DNA from: a virus
Reading direction: 5' to 3' (one strand)
DNA length: 64,000 bases
IMG/VR virus record: IMGVR_UViG_3300048999_000056
Location: 48,819 to 112,818 of that record
In this document: positions 10,264 to 18,072 of the stretch, one piece after another
Numbering within the stretch: position 1 is the stretch's first letter
Layout of the letters: the number at the start of each line of letters is the position of its first letter
Translations under genes and position numbers: made by a program
Notes under the pieces: generated by a model
What the model was told of the DNA's origin: nothing
The model's database searches: none
What the model saw: the letters and a program-made list of their open reading frames with translations, nothing else

Positions 10264-10719
10264 GTGAATCCTAATACCATCGATCTCACGCCGATCATCA
10301 ATGCGCTGATCGCTGTCGCAGCGGCGATGATCGCGCCGTCAGCCGCGCTGCTCCTGGCATGGCTGCGCTCGCGCAAGCATTGGAAAATTCTTGAAGACGC
10401 GCAGATGAATCAAGTGATCACCGAGTCAGCGCAACGCCTCGGGGCAGCGTTTCTGACCAAAGTACAGAAAGCAGGAGAATCCGTCCATGATGTTGACGTT
10501 GGCAACCCGGAGCTGGCGCTGTTCGCCAACAGGATCATCAGCGGCTATCCTGGCTTCGTGGCAAGGCTCGGCTACACGCCGGATAAAGTGGCTGCAGTCA
10601 TCCTCGATGAAGCGCAACGCCTTGGGCATCTGTCGCCGACCGTGCCTGCGCCCGCGCCAAGCGCGCAAGGCGCCATGCGTCTAGCTGCCGCCGCCCCCAA
10701 CATTCAGGCGTATCCATGA
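10264..10719 (+). CDS. Putative holin
   Basis: IDLTPIINALIAV + single N-terminal TM helix followed by basic residues (LL-H-like holin); in lysis module. Confidence 0.55.
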   Translation: MNPNTIDLTPIINALIAVAAAMIAPSAALLLAWLRSRKHWKILEDAQMNQVITESAQRLGAAFLTKVQKAGESVHDVDVGNPELALFANRIISGYPGFVARLGYTPDKVAAVILDEAQRLGHLSPTVPAPAPSAQGAMRLAAAAPNIQAYP

Positions 10720-11231
10720 AACGCCGCAACATCCTTTCATTGCCGGTCAGTATCGCGCTGACAACATGCGCGGGCAACCTGACGATCAGTCAGGCCGTCG
10801 AGGACGTGGCGCTGATCGCGGACGGCTTTCTCGGGGTGCTGCCGAACATTGTCGGCATAGCCGGTCTGAGCACAGACGATCTAACACGCGCTGCAGGCTG
10901 GATTGCCGACCTCCACACGCTCGCGGTGCGGCTCAGGGAAGCCACCACAGCTGCCGAGGCGGCGCCGATCGTCCGACAGGTCCAAGGGACGCTGGGACGG
11001 CTCGCGGGCATCCTGGCGTTCTTCCCCGTGCCTGCTCCGGTGGTGCTGGCGCTGCAGATGGCGCAGGCGCTGGTGCCGCTGGTGTACGCCGCATTCAACG
11101 TGCCGCAGCCGCAGGCGCCGAACCGGGCGCTTGCCCGCTTCACCTCGCCATCGGTGACGCCTGATCAGGCGCGGGCGACTCTGAAACAACTAGCCACGAG
11201 GTCACACAATGCCAGCGATGAAGTTAGGTAA
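10716..11231 (+). CDS. Putative lipoprotein/membrane protein in lysis module
   Basis: MKRRN...ALTTC lipobox-like N-terminus; amphipathic helices. Confidence 0.45.
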   Translation: MKRRNILSLPVSIALTTCAGNLTISQAVEDVALIADGFLGVLPNIVGIAGLSTDDLTRAAGWIADLHTLAVRLREATTAAEAAPIVRQVQGTLGRLAGILAFFPVPAPVVLALQMAQALVPLVYAAFNVPQPQAPNRALARFTSPSVTPDQARATLKQLATRSHNASDEVR

Positions 11232-11979
11232 ACGCGCCGCTGTTGACGATCCGCGCATTCCGCGTATGTCAGTAGCGACGCAAGGCAAGCTGCCGTTTCC
11301 GCCCGCCAACGTGAACTGGTATGCGGCTGTCGGCGAGTGGGGCATGCTCGGCAATGACACGGTCGGCGATTGTGTCGAGGCCGCTGGCCTGCACGCGATG
11401 CTGCAGATGTCCACTTACGCTGGTGATCGGTCGATACCGACTACTGCGGACGCGTTGAAGTGGTACGAGGCGACCGGGTGGCGACCGGACGATCCATCAA
11501 CCGATCAGGGGAGCTACGTTCTAGGACCAGAAGGTATGCTGCCCTGGTGGCATCTCAACGACGTTCCTTGCGGCGGACGGACGACGCGGCTCGACGCATT
11601 CATGCAGATCAAGCAGAAGAACGTGACGGAATGGCGCCAAGGCATCTGGATATTCGGCGGTCTGCTGCTCGGCATACAGCTGCCGGAAGCGATTGTGTCC
11701 GGTATTCAAATCCCTTATGTCTGGTCGGAGTTCGGCGGCCCGATTGCTGGCGGTCACGAAATCTGGGTGCCTGGCTACCAGCAAAACGGATCGAGCCGGC
11801 TCTACGACCTGATCTCGTGGGGGCAGCGGTTCCGTGCTACCGAGGAGTTCCTGCTCAATTGCGTTGACGAATGCGTGGTGATCGTGGACAACCGCGAGAT
11901 GAACAAGCGCGGCGTCAATGCAGCTGGTCTGAGCTACACGCAACTGACGAATGACCTCAAGCTGATCAACAGAGGCTGA
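11209..11979 (+). CDS. Papain-like (C1/C39-type fold) cysteine peptidase
   Basis: MLGND..GDCV.A (Cys), GGH.I...GY (His), ISWG. Confidence 0.6.
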   Translation: MPAMKLGKRAAVDDPRIPRMSVATQGKLPFPPANVNWYAAVGEWGMLGNDTVGDCVEAAGLHAMLQMSTYAGDRSIPTTADALKWYEATGWRPDDPSTDQGSYVLGPEGMLPWWHLNDVPCGGRTTRLDAFMQIKQKNVTEWRQGIWIFGGLLLGIQLPEAIVSGIQIPYVWSEFGGPIAGGHEIWVPGYQQNGSSRLYDLISWGQRFRATEEFLLNCVDECVVIVDNREMNKRGVNAAGLSYTQLTNDLKLINRG

Positions 11980-11981
11980 CC

Positions 11982-12437
11982 ATGGCAATTCTCAACGCAA
12001 CAGCCGGCATATCAGGTGTCGGCAGGCTGACGGCAATCGCTGCGGCAAAGGAAACAGCGACGGCGGTCCTGTCGGGCAATGCCAGCGTATTTGTCAACGC
12101 TGTCAATGCGCTGCATCTGGCGAGCCCGCCAAACTATCCGATTCCGCCGCAGGCGGATGACGCTGCGCCTGTCTTTCTTGTCGATCCGGCAACCGGTGCC
12201 GCAGTCGGCGCAACAGGACCGTACGCAAACGCACTGCCGGTGACGCCGGCCGATGTCGGCTCACTGCCGGCAACCACGCGTGCGTTGTGGATCGGCGGTG
12301 CCGGTAACGTGACGGTTGACACTCTTGGCGGACAGACAGTCACGCTGACCGCAGTGGCAGCAGGAACATTGCTGCCACTGCAAGTCTCGCGTGTCCGTGC
12401 GGCGACAACGGCGACGTTGGTCGTCGCGTTGTGGTGA
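11982..12437 (+). CDS. Head spike base protein, RcGTA Rcc01079-like, with N-terminal extension
   Basis: VTP.D...L...TRALWIG..G.V.V....G..VT...V..G.LLP..V.RV......VALW. Confidence 0.7.
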   Translation: MAILNATAGISGVGRLTAIAAAKETATAVLSGNASVFVNAVNALHLASPPNYPIPPQADDAAPVFLVDPATGAAVGATGPYANALPVTPADVGSLPATTRALWIGGAGNVTVDTLGGQTVTLTAVAAGTLLPLQVSRVRAATTATLVVALW

Positions 12438-12438
12438 T

Positions 12439-13445
12439 GCCTGCGCTGACGGGTCGCACCCTGCCGCGCCTAACCGTGTCGGGCGATGCCTGCCAAGCCC
12501 TGACAATCCACGTCTTGCGTTGCCGTGCCGTGCCGGGCCTGCCGGGTCAAGCCGGGACCTTCCGAGCGTTGCGATGCCGCGTCTGCCCCGCCATGACATG
12601 CCTTGCCGTTGCGAGCGTAGCCTTGCCTGCGCTGTCTTGCCGTGACGGACCTAGCCGCGCTCTGCCCTGTCGAGCCTGCCATGCCATGCCCTGACGATCT
12701 ATGCCATCCCGAGCCGAGCCTAGCCAGCCACGTCAAGCCGTGCCTTGACACGTCTTTCCAAGCCTAGCCGAGCCGAGTCTGCGTTGACCTGCCAATCGAT
12801 ACCTCGCCGTGCCAAGCCGCGTCTGCCCTGCCTCGGCCTGCCGAACGATACCATGCCCTGCAGACCCATGCCTGCGATGCCGGAACGTGCCCTGCGCTCT
12901 CGTGCCACGTCACCACGTACCCTGCCTGCGCCGCCTCAACGCGTCCTACCGAGCCAAGCCGAGACAAGCCTGCGATGCGGCGCCTAGCCTCGCCTCGACG
13001 GATGTCGCCTCGCCTAGCCTGCGTTGCCACAACCAGCCCCCCGAGATCAGGCGAACCCAGCGTGTCCAAGCCTGCCACGCGCCGCCCGGACTGCCCTTGC
13101 CTATCGGTGTCGCCCCGAGCCGGCCGCGCCCTGCCTCGCCCAGTCTCGTCCTGCCAGGACGTGCCTTGCCTGCCCCGTCGTGACGTGCCCAGCGCGGCGT
13201 AGCCGAGCCTGCCATGCCATGACCGGTCTAGTCCCGCCTAACCATAGCGGGCCGCGCCTGCCCCGCCATCCGGGCGTCGCCTTGCCGAGCCTTGTCGAAC
13301 CATGCCTGCGACGCCTTGCCACGGCGTTACGCGTCTAGCCGCACCTTGCCGAGCCTGCGACGCGATGCCTTGCCAAGCCACGTCGCAACCCGCCAAGCCT
13401 GCGTTGCCATCCCTCGAATTGCCCAGCCAACGCTAACCCTGCCCT
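12439..13445 (-). repeat. Array 1: 21 units of (NN-GGC)7-10 + AGGC; candidate guide-RNA array of the adjacent RAMP protein
   Basis: + strand GCCTGC-type boundaries at 12439,12488,12537,12581,12625,12674,12723,12777,12821,12870,12924,12968,13017,13070,13119,13168,13207,13256,13304,13353,13397; 18 of 20 intervals equal 5n+4; interior is GCC-NN pentamers. Confidence 0.9.
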
Positions 13446-13458
13446 GTACACAAGGCGA

Positions 13459-13474
13459 GGCGGCCGAAGCCGCC
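13459..13474 (-). promoter_or_regulatory. C(UUCG)G tetraloop hairpin in leader of array 1
   Basis: - strand GGCGGC-TTCG-GCCGCC, 13 nt upstream of first array pentamer. Confidence 0.7.
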
Positions 13475-13499
13475 CCGTTAGTGTTAGATATTATGACTG

Positions 13500-14021
13500 C
13501 TACTGTCTGCGGCGCTTTCGCCCTGCCTTGCGGTCGGGGCCTTTGCGTGCTGGCGACTTCACCGTGCCACCTTCCAGCTGATCCTGCCGGCGCCGCTCCA
13601 GTTCGGCAATCCGCTGGCCTTCATCGAACAGGCGCGACATTTCGGTCAACCGCTGATACTTGATATGGAAGCGGTTGAAGTCATCTAGCGCGTCCTTCAA
13701 CATGACGCGCCGCAAGTCACGATCGGGCAGAATGCGATCAAGCGGACGATAACCGCCGCCCGCGTGACGATCGATACTCAACGAGATCATGGTGCGCTGC
13801 CCGGTATCGTCAACAACATGAATGGCAATCAGGCGGCGTATCTGGTCGAGCCGATAGCGGTATCCTGCCTTGGCGTCTTCCCATTCGAGTTCTTCATGCA
13901 GTGCCGAGCTGGGATGCGTAGCAGCCCAGTCGTGCACCACCTTGACGTAGAGATTGCCATCGGGATCGAGCCGGCGCAGCGCCTCCAGTTCCTGCTGGAT
14001 GCGCGCCGTGGATTCAAGCAT
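13500..14021 (-). CDS. Conserved phage protein associated with RAMP/array locus
   Basis: GGAGG RBS before ATG 14021; ELEAL....G.L....V..WA...P.S.LH..LEW.D..A...YRL.Q.R.LI motif; basic C-terminal tail. Confidence 0.75.
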   Translation of the reverse strand: MLESTARIQQELEALRRLDPDGNLYVKVVHDWAATHPSSALHEELEWEDAKAGYRYRLDQIRRLIAIHVVDDTGQRTMISLSIDRHAGGGYRPLDRILPDRDLRRVMLKDALDDFNRFHIKYQRLTEMSRLFDEGQRIAELERRRQDQLEGGTVKSPARKGPDRKAGRKRRRQ

Positions 14022-14262
14022 TGTTCGGCCTCCTGGTTGAACGCGCGGCCCAGCCGATAGCGTTCGCCAGATCGCCTTTTTCCATTGCCAGCTCATACTT
14101 GTTGAGTGCGAGCATGTGTTGCGTGAACTTGCGCTCGCGCCGTGCCCATGTGCCAATACGCCGCTTCCTCCGAGGCGGCGTTTCCTGCAATGCTTTCTCC
14201 TTCAGCGCCTCTTGTGCGAGGCGCTGCCCTTCACGGGTTATGTTTTTCAACCGGCTAAGCAT
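14014..14262 (-). CDS. Small basic helical protein, translationally coupled in RAMP operon
   Basis: 82 aa; 8-nt overlaps with both neighbouring genes. Confidence 0.6.
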   Translation of the reverse strand: MLSRLKNITREGQRLAQEALKEKALQETPPRRKRRIGTWARRERKFTQHMLALNKYELAMEKGDLANAIGWAARSTRRPNNA

Positions 14263-15265
14263 TGCTGTTGACTACGTCCCACAAGCCCCAGTCCAGACCG
14301 TTGGAGTTCGGCGAGGAGGGCCGCCCCTCGCCGACGCCGACCTGCATACCGGCAATCGCCATCAGGTTGACCACGTCGGTTGCCGAGAACTGCCGCGCGT
14401 CCCAGCGGACGGTCACGGCGGCGTTCCACTTTTCCCACATAGGCCGGTGGCGGATATCGGCAACGCCTGATGCGTTGCGGGCTGGCGCCTCGTGCAGCCG
14501 TGGCGTGCCGTTGATCTTGACGAGCGGCTGCCCATCCTGATCGAGTCCGTCCGGCACGATGAACAACGACAGCTTGGCGCGTGTCATCGTGAAGCCGGCA
14601 AGGCGGCACGCGTCAATCATCGCGTTGCGGAAAGCCGGCGCCGGAATGCCGTGCCATCCGTCACGCGCGATATGCTGCGCCAGACGGTAGATTTCTTCGA
14701 AGTCCTTCGGCTCGCGACGGCGGCGTGACTTTTCGCCCTGCGAACCCGCCTTCTGCCGCTCCACCATCATGTTGACGGCTTTCTGGCTGAATTTGTGTTG
14801 CACGTAAGGCGTAGAGCCTCTGATGTAGACGATGCCGCGATCGAACTGCGGCGGTTGAATGACGACGCGCGTCACCTTGCCGCTCAACACGCCAACCGTG
14901 CCTTGCTCCATGGTGCTGTCGAGCGTTTCGATCGGGATCGGCGAGGCGGGTATCCTGCCGAAATTGTCGGTGTTGCGCATTGACGGCCCGGCTACTGCAC
15001 CCTTGCCGTTCTTGCCCTTGCCGTTCCGACCGATCGTCGCCTCACGTTCCGCCAGCAGGTCCGCAACCGGATTGCCGCCAGCGTGCGCCGCCTCGAATGC
15101 GGCTTTCTGCTGTCTCTCGTCGCGTGACATAGGTCCGCGCTTGCCGGGCTCGCGTGCCCAAACGGCCGGCTCAACGTCTTCGACTGCGGGAGCTGTCCCC
15201 CTCTGCGCCAGCTTCTTGGCCTTCAATGCCTTCTTGGCGCTTTTCTTGTCCTTCAACGTCGTCAT
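14255..15265 (-). CDS. Stand-alone Cas7/RAMP-superfamily-like protein
   Basis: IVYIRGSTPYVQH (first RRM strand), GIPAPAFRNAMIDAC (IPxSSxKGxxR-like), C-terminal G-loop GVGEGRP....GLDWGLWDV; RBS GAGGGA before ATG 15265. Confidence 0.75.
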   Translation of the reverse strand: MTTLKDKKSAKKALKAKKLAQRGTAPAVEDVEPAVWAREPGKRGPMSRDERQQKAAFEAAHAGGNPVADLLAEREATIGRNGKGKNGKGAVAGPSMRNTDNFGRIPASPIPIETLDSTMEQGTVGVLSGKVTRVVIQPPQFDRGIVYIRGSTPYVQHKFSQKAVNMMVERQKAGSQGEKSRRRREPKDFEEIYRLAQHIARDGWHGIPAPAFRNAMIDACRLAGFTMTRAKLSLFIVPDGLDQDGQPLVKINGTPRLHEAPARNASGVADIRHRPMWEKWNAAVTVRWDARQFSATDVVNLMAIAGMQVGVGEGRPSSPNSNGLDWGLWDVVNSNA

Positions 15266-15319
15266 GTCGTTTTCCCTCATGTATGCGATGGGCGCGGCTT
15301 TTATTGCCCGCCATCCTAT

Positions 15320-15345
15320 ATATACAAAACGCCTATTCGTGTTGA
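15320..15345 (-). promoter_or_regulatory. Phage promoter motif TCAACACG-N12-GTATAT upstream of RAMP operon
   Basis: Same bipartite motif recurs at 18073-18099 and 22926-22953 upstream of - strand genes. Confidence 0.65.
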
Positions 15346-15914
15346 ACTCGCGCAATGGCGGCGTCCATTTCTTCTTGGCTGACCATGTTGCTTTGCTCCT
15401 CGATCCATTCCTCGCCGGGCTTCGTCGGCGGTATCAGCAACATGGCGCTTTCACCCTCGCGGTTCGTCGTGCGGACCGACGCCGGAATCCCGTGGCGCTG
15501 CCATATCTTCAACAGATAAGCGCGCAATGTCGGGTCGCGGTGTGCGTCAGGACGCGCGGGATCGAGCCATATCTGCAGACTGAGCATTGGCTGCTCGTTG
15601 ATCGTGAATGCCTGCAGATCGGGGCTGATGATGTAACCGCCCTGGTCGGGGCGCTGCAGGCCCGAGGTATCGGGATCGAACAGCCAGCGACAGGACCACG
15701 CCATACAGACGCGTGGCCGGCTGGCGTAGATGCCGCAGCGTCGGTGATCGGACAGATGCGGGCAGGGCACTCCGGCCGGTTTCTCGCCTACCGGCGGGGG
15801 CAATGAAACCGGGACATGGGTGCAGCACATGGTACACGGACCGCAGCGCCGCTGCATGCCCTTGACCTTGATACGATCGCCGAACATCGGCATGTCGGGG
15901 TGCGCGCCAATCAT
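15333..15914 (-). CDS. YkgJ-like CxxCxxCC Zn/Fe-binding protein
   Basis: CGPCTMCC...CPHL....CGIY.SRP.VC. Confidence 0.75.
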   Translation of the reverse strand: MIGAHPDMPMFGDRIKVKGMQRRCGPCTMCCTHVPVSLPPPVGEKPAGVPCPHLSDHRRCGIYASRPRVCMAWSCRWLFDPDTSGLQRPDQGGYIISPDLQAFTINEQPMLSLQIWLDPARPDAHRDPTLRAYLLKIWQRHGIPASVRTTNREGESAMLLIPPTKPGEEWIEEQSNMVSQEEMDAAIARVQHE

Positions 15915-16193
15915 TCAATCCTCTCCTTCGCGGATATGGTCAACGTAGTCGATCAGCTCGTGCGCCGACAACCGAGTTTCCGGTATGTCATGCTTCGTCC
16001 AGAACTCAACGAGGATATACCGTGCGCCCGCTACAGGGCGGCTGTGAGGCTGCGGGATCGTGGTGAGGACACGAATGCGGGCGCACGACATGAGCGCCCT
16101 CCAGCGACTCGCGTCGCGTTGCTCGTCAGTCTCTGCAAGCGGCAACCGCCGCAGTCGTTGTCCTGACTGCGGCGGCATAGGTTTTCTAGCCAT
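15915..16193 (-). CDS. Hypothetical protein
   Basis: ORF tightly packed in - strand operon. Confidence 0.5.
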   Translation of the reverse strand: MARKPMPPQSGQRLRRLPLAETDEQRDASRWRALMSCARIRVLTTIPQPHSRPVAGARYILVEFWTKHDIPETRLSAHELIDYVDHIREGED

Positions 16194-16223
16194 CTGCGAC
16201 CATCCCCTATCATGCGGTATCGG

Positions 16224-16691
16224 CTAGTCTCTCGTTCCGTCCCAGACCGCGTTAACCGGATCGGTGCTTTCGACAGCGCAAGCGTCACGCACGTTCGACC
16301 AACGGGCAGCGAGGTTCCGCACGTAGTTTTCTGCCTCCTCCTTGGTGGCATAGCGCTGCGCGTTATTGTAGGGCAGGCCGTTGATAGTAACCTGCGCCAT
16401 CCACGACCGGTTTGCGAGCATGGCTTTCGAGTGGAAGACGTAGCCTTTCGGGTCATCGTCGTGGGTGAGGAAACCCCTGATACGCCGGTCACGAATGTTG
16501 ATAGCGGCGGGCATGGTGAAGTAGGTGTCCGCCTCGCCTGTCACGTAGACCGTCCGACACCTGCCATCGGGACAGGGGCAGTTACGGACGCCGGCAAGCG
16601 ACGGTCCGCTGTCCCAGTCAGTGAACATCGGTATCGAGCCGTTAGGCTCTGCCTCGCCGGCTCGGTCGAAGCGATATTTCTTCATGCCCAT
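16224..16691 (-). CDS. Hypothetical protein
   Basis: ORF; EADTYFTMPA and N.QRYAT.EEA motifs seen in phage early proteins. Confidence 0.55.
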   Translation of the reverse strand: MGMKKYRFDRAGEAEPNGSIPMFTDWDSGPSLAGVRNCPCPDGRCRTVYVTGEADTYFTMPAAINIRDRRIRGFLTHDDDPKGYVFHSKAMLANRSWMAQVTINGLPYNNAQRYATKEEAENYVRNLAARWSNVRDACAVESTDPVNAVWDGTRD

Positions 16692-16803
16692 CAGCTGTTC
16701 CAATCGATCTGAATTTCGCCGAATACCCACCATACGAGAACCGCGCCGCCGAATACCAGACCGGCCATCAGTCCGTTCCGCCGGAATGCCTTGACGTTGG
16801 CGC

Positions 16804-17094
16804 TCACGTCTTCCTCCCCGCCCCCTGCAGAAAGCGATCGGTGCGGATCAACGACGCTATGATCTTGTAGCGCTCGCCAGTGTCATAGCCGCGTCGCACC
16901 ATCTTGTGCTCGCCATCTGTCAGGCGTGGCTCCTCGTTGTGCTTCGCCAGGAAGTCGCGCACGTTCTGGGTGTAGCGCCGTAGTGCCTCCGTAGCAGTGA
17001 CAGAGCGCTCAGGCTCCGGCTCGTCTTCGAAGATTACGCGTGGCGGTGTCGTAAAGCGCTCGGGGATAGTCACGTGTTTGATCCTTTCGACCAT
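16804..17094 (-). CDS. Hypothetical protein
   Basis: ORF in operon context. Confidence 0.5.
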   Translation of the reverse strand: MVERIKHVTIPERFTTPPRVIFEDEPEPERSVTATEALRRYTQNVRDFLAKHNEEPRLTDGEHKMVRRGYDTGERYKIIASLIRTDRFLQGAGRKT

Positions 17095-17111
17095 TTGCAG
17101 CTGAGTTGTAG

Positions 17112-17145
17112 CAAAAGAAATGGTCCGCCCCTTGCGAGGCGGACC
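17112..17145 (-). terminator. Intrinsic terminator
   Basis: GGTCCGCC-tcgcaagg-GGCGGACC followed by ATTTCTTTT on - strand. Confidence 0.75.
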
Positions 17146-17168
17146 GAGTTGTTAGGCTGGGCTTATGC

Positions 17169-17954
17169 TCAGACGGACGACGCCGCGATCAACACATGCA
17201 CGTCAGTTGACGACAGCATGTGCCCGGTGCCGCCCTGGAATACGGCCTCCTTGAAGTCCCACTGCGTTCCGGCAGCGGTCATCCCCGGCAAGGTGCCAAA
17301 GCCATCAGTCGCATTGGCGCCCTGCAGGAAGGCGACGTTTTCCGAGTTTTCGGTGACGTGTGACTGCACGCCAGTCGGTGCGAGATTGCCCGGCGCGAAG
17401 TCGTCACCACCGAAAGCCAGCTTATTGACGCCACCTGCGTTGAGCGTGTTCTCCGCGGTCCACACGTGATTTGCCGAGTTGAAGTCGAAAACGTCACTGT
17501 GGATGAAGCCAGGACGCGACTCGGTGATCAGCATCTTGAGATCGTACTGACCCAAGTCCGGCAACGCCGCGAGCCCGGCGCTGTCGCTGGCAGGCGTGCC
17601 GGCGGCAACGTTGTCAACGTAATTCCAGTTCCACTCGGCACGTGCCGGATTGCCGATCTGAGTGCCGGCATTGACGGTGTAATCGGCGCGCCCGTTGTCA
17701 GGGTTGATTGTCGGTGTGTAGTCACCATCCGTGCGGTGGTTGATCTTTTCCGCCGTCTGGATATTGCCGTCGGTCGAGCTGACATAGCCAGTGTTGGTCT
17801 GACCGGTTCCGGTCCACATGAAGCCGGTAGTCGGATTGAAAGCCGGCGTGGCGACGGCGCCGGGTCCACCGAATACGTCGCCTTCCAAGTGTCCGTTGTT
17901 GTCCTGTCCAATGATGTTGTTCTGTGCGTTGTTGACGCCTTTGTTTGTAGCCAT
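17169..17954 (-). CDS. Asn/Gly/Thr/Asp-rich beta-type protein of unknown function
   Basis: 261-aa ORF with its own promoter motif and terminator. Confidence 0.65.
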   Translation of the reverse strand: MATNKGVNNAQNNIIGQDNNGHLEGDVFGGPGAVATPAFNPTTGFMWTGTGQTNTGYVSSTDGNIQTAEKINHRTDGDYTPTINPDNGRADYTVNAGTQIGNPARAEWNWNYVDNVAAGTPASDSAGLAALPDLGQYDLKMLITESRPGFIHSDVFDFNSANHVWTAENTLNAGGVNKLAFGGDDFAPGNLAPTGVQSHVTENSENVAFLQGANATDGFGTLPGMTAAGTQWDFKEAVFQGGTGHMLSSTDVHVLIAASSV

Positions 17955-18072
17955 AGGTTAATACGCCCTTTCGTGACGTTGCCCCAGCCCACCATAGGCT
18001 AGGCGACTGCAGCCGATGCTGCACTCGTCTAGGCTTGGTTTCGGCGACGGGATTTTTGCCCCGTCGCATATA

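Noticed and set aside
12439-13445. Canonical CRISPR array or simple microsatellite
   Set aside because: There are no 23-47-nt identical repeats with unique spacers, and the units are not homogenised copies; constant and variable bases are interleaved.
12431-13663. Many overlapping Arg/Pro/Cys/Ala-rich ORFs over array 1
   Set aside because: They are artefacts of a GC-rich 5-nt-periodic sequence with few stops; no RBS or consistent frame.
17955-18070. Possible c-di-GMP-I riboswitch (GGCAAA...CGAAA)
   Set aside because: Conserved elements and pairing order do not fit; kept only as a generic structured leader.
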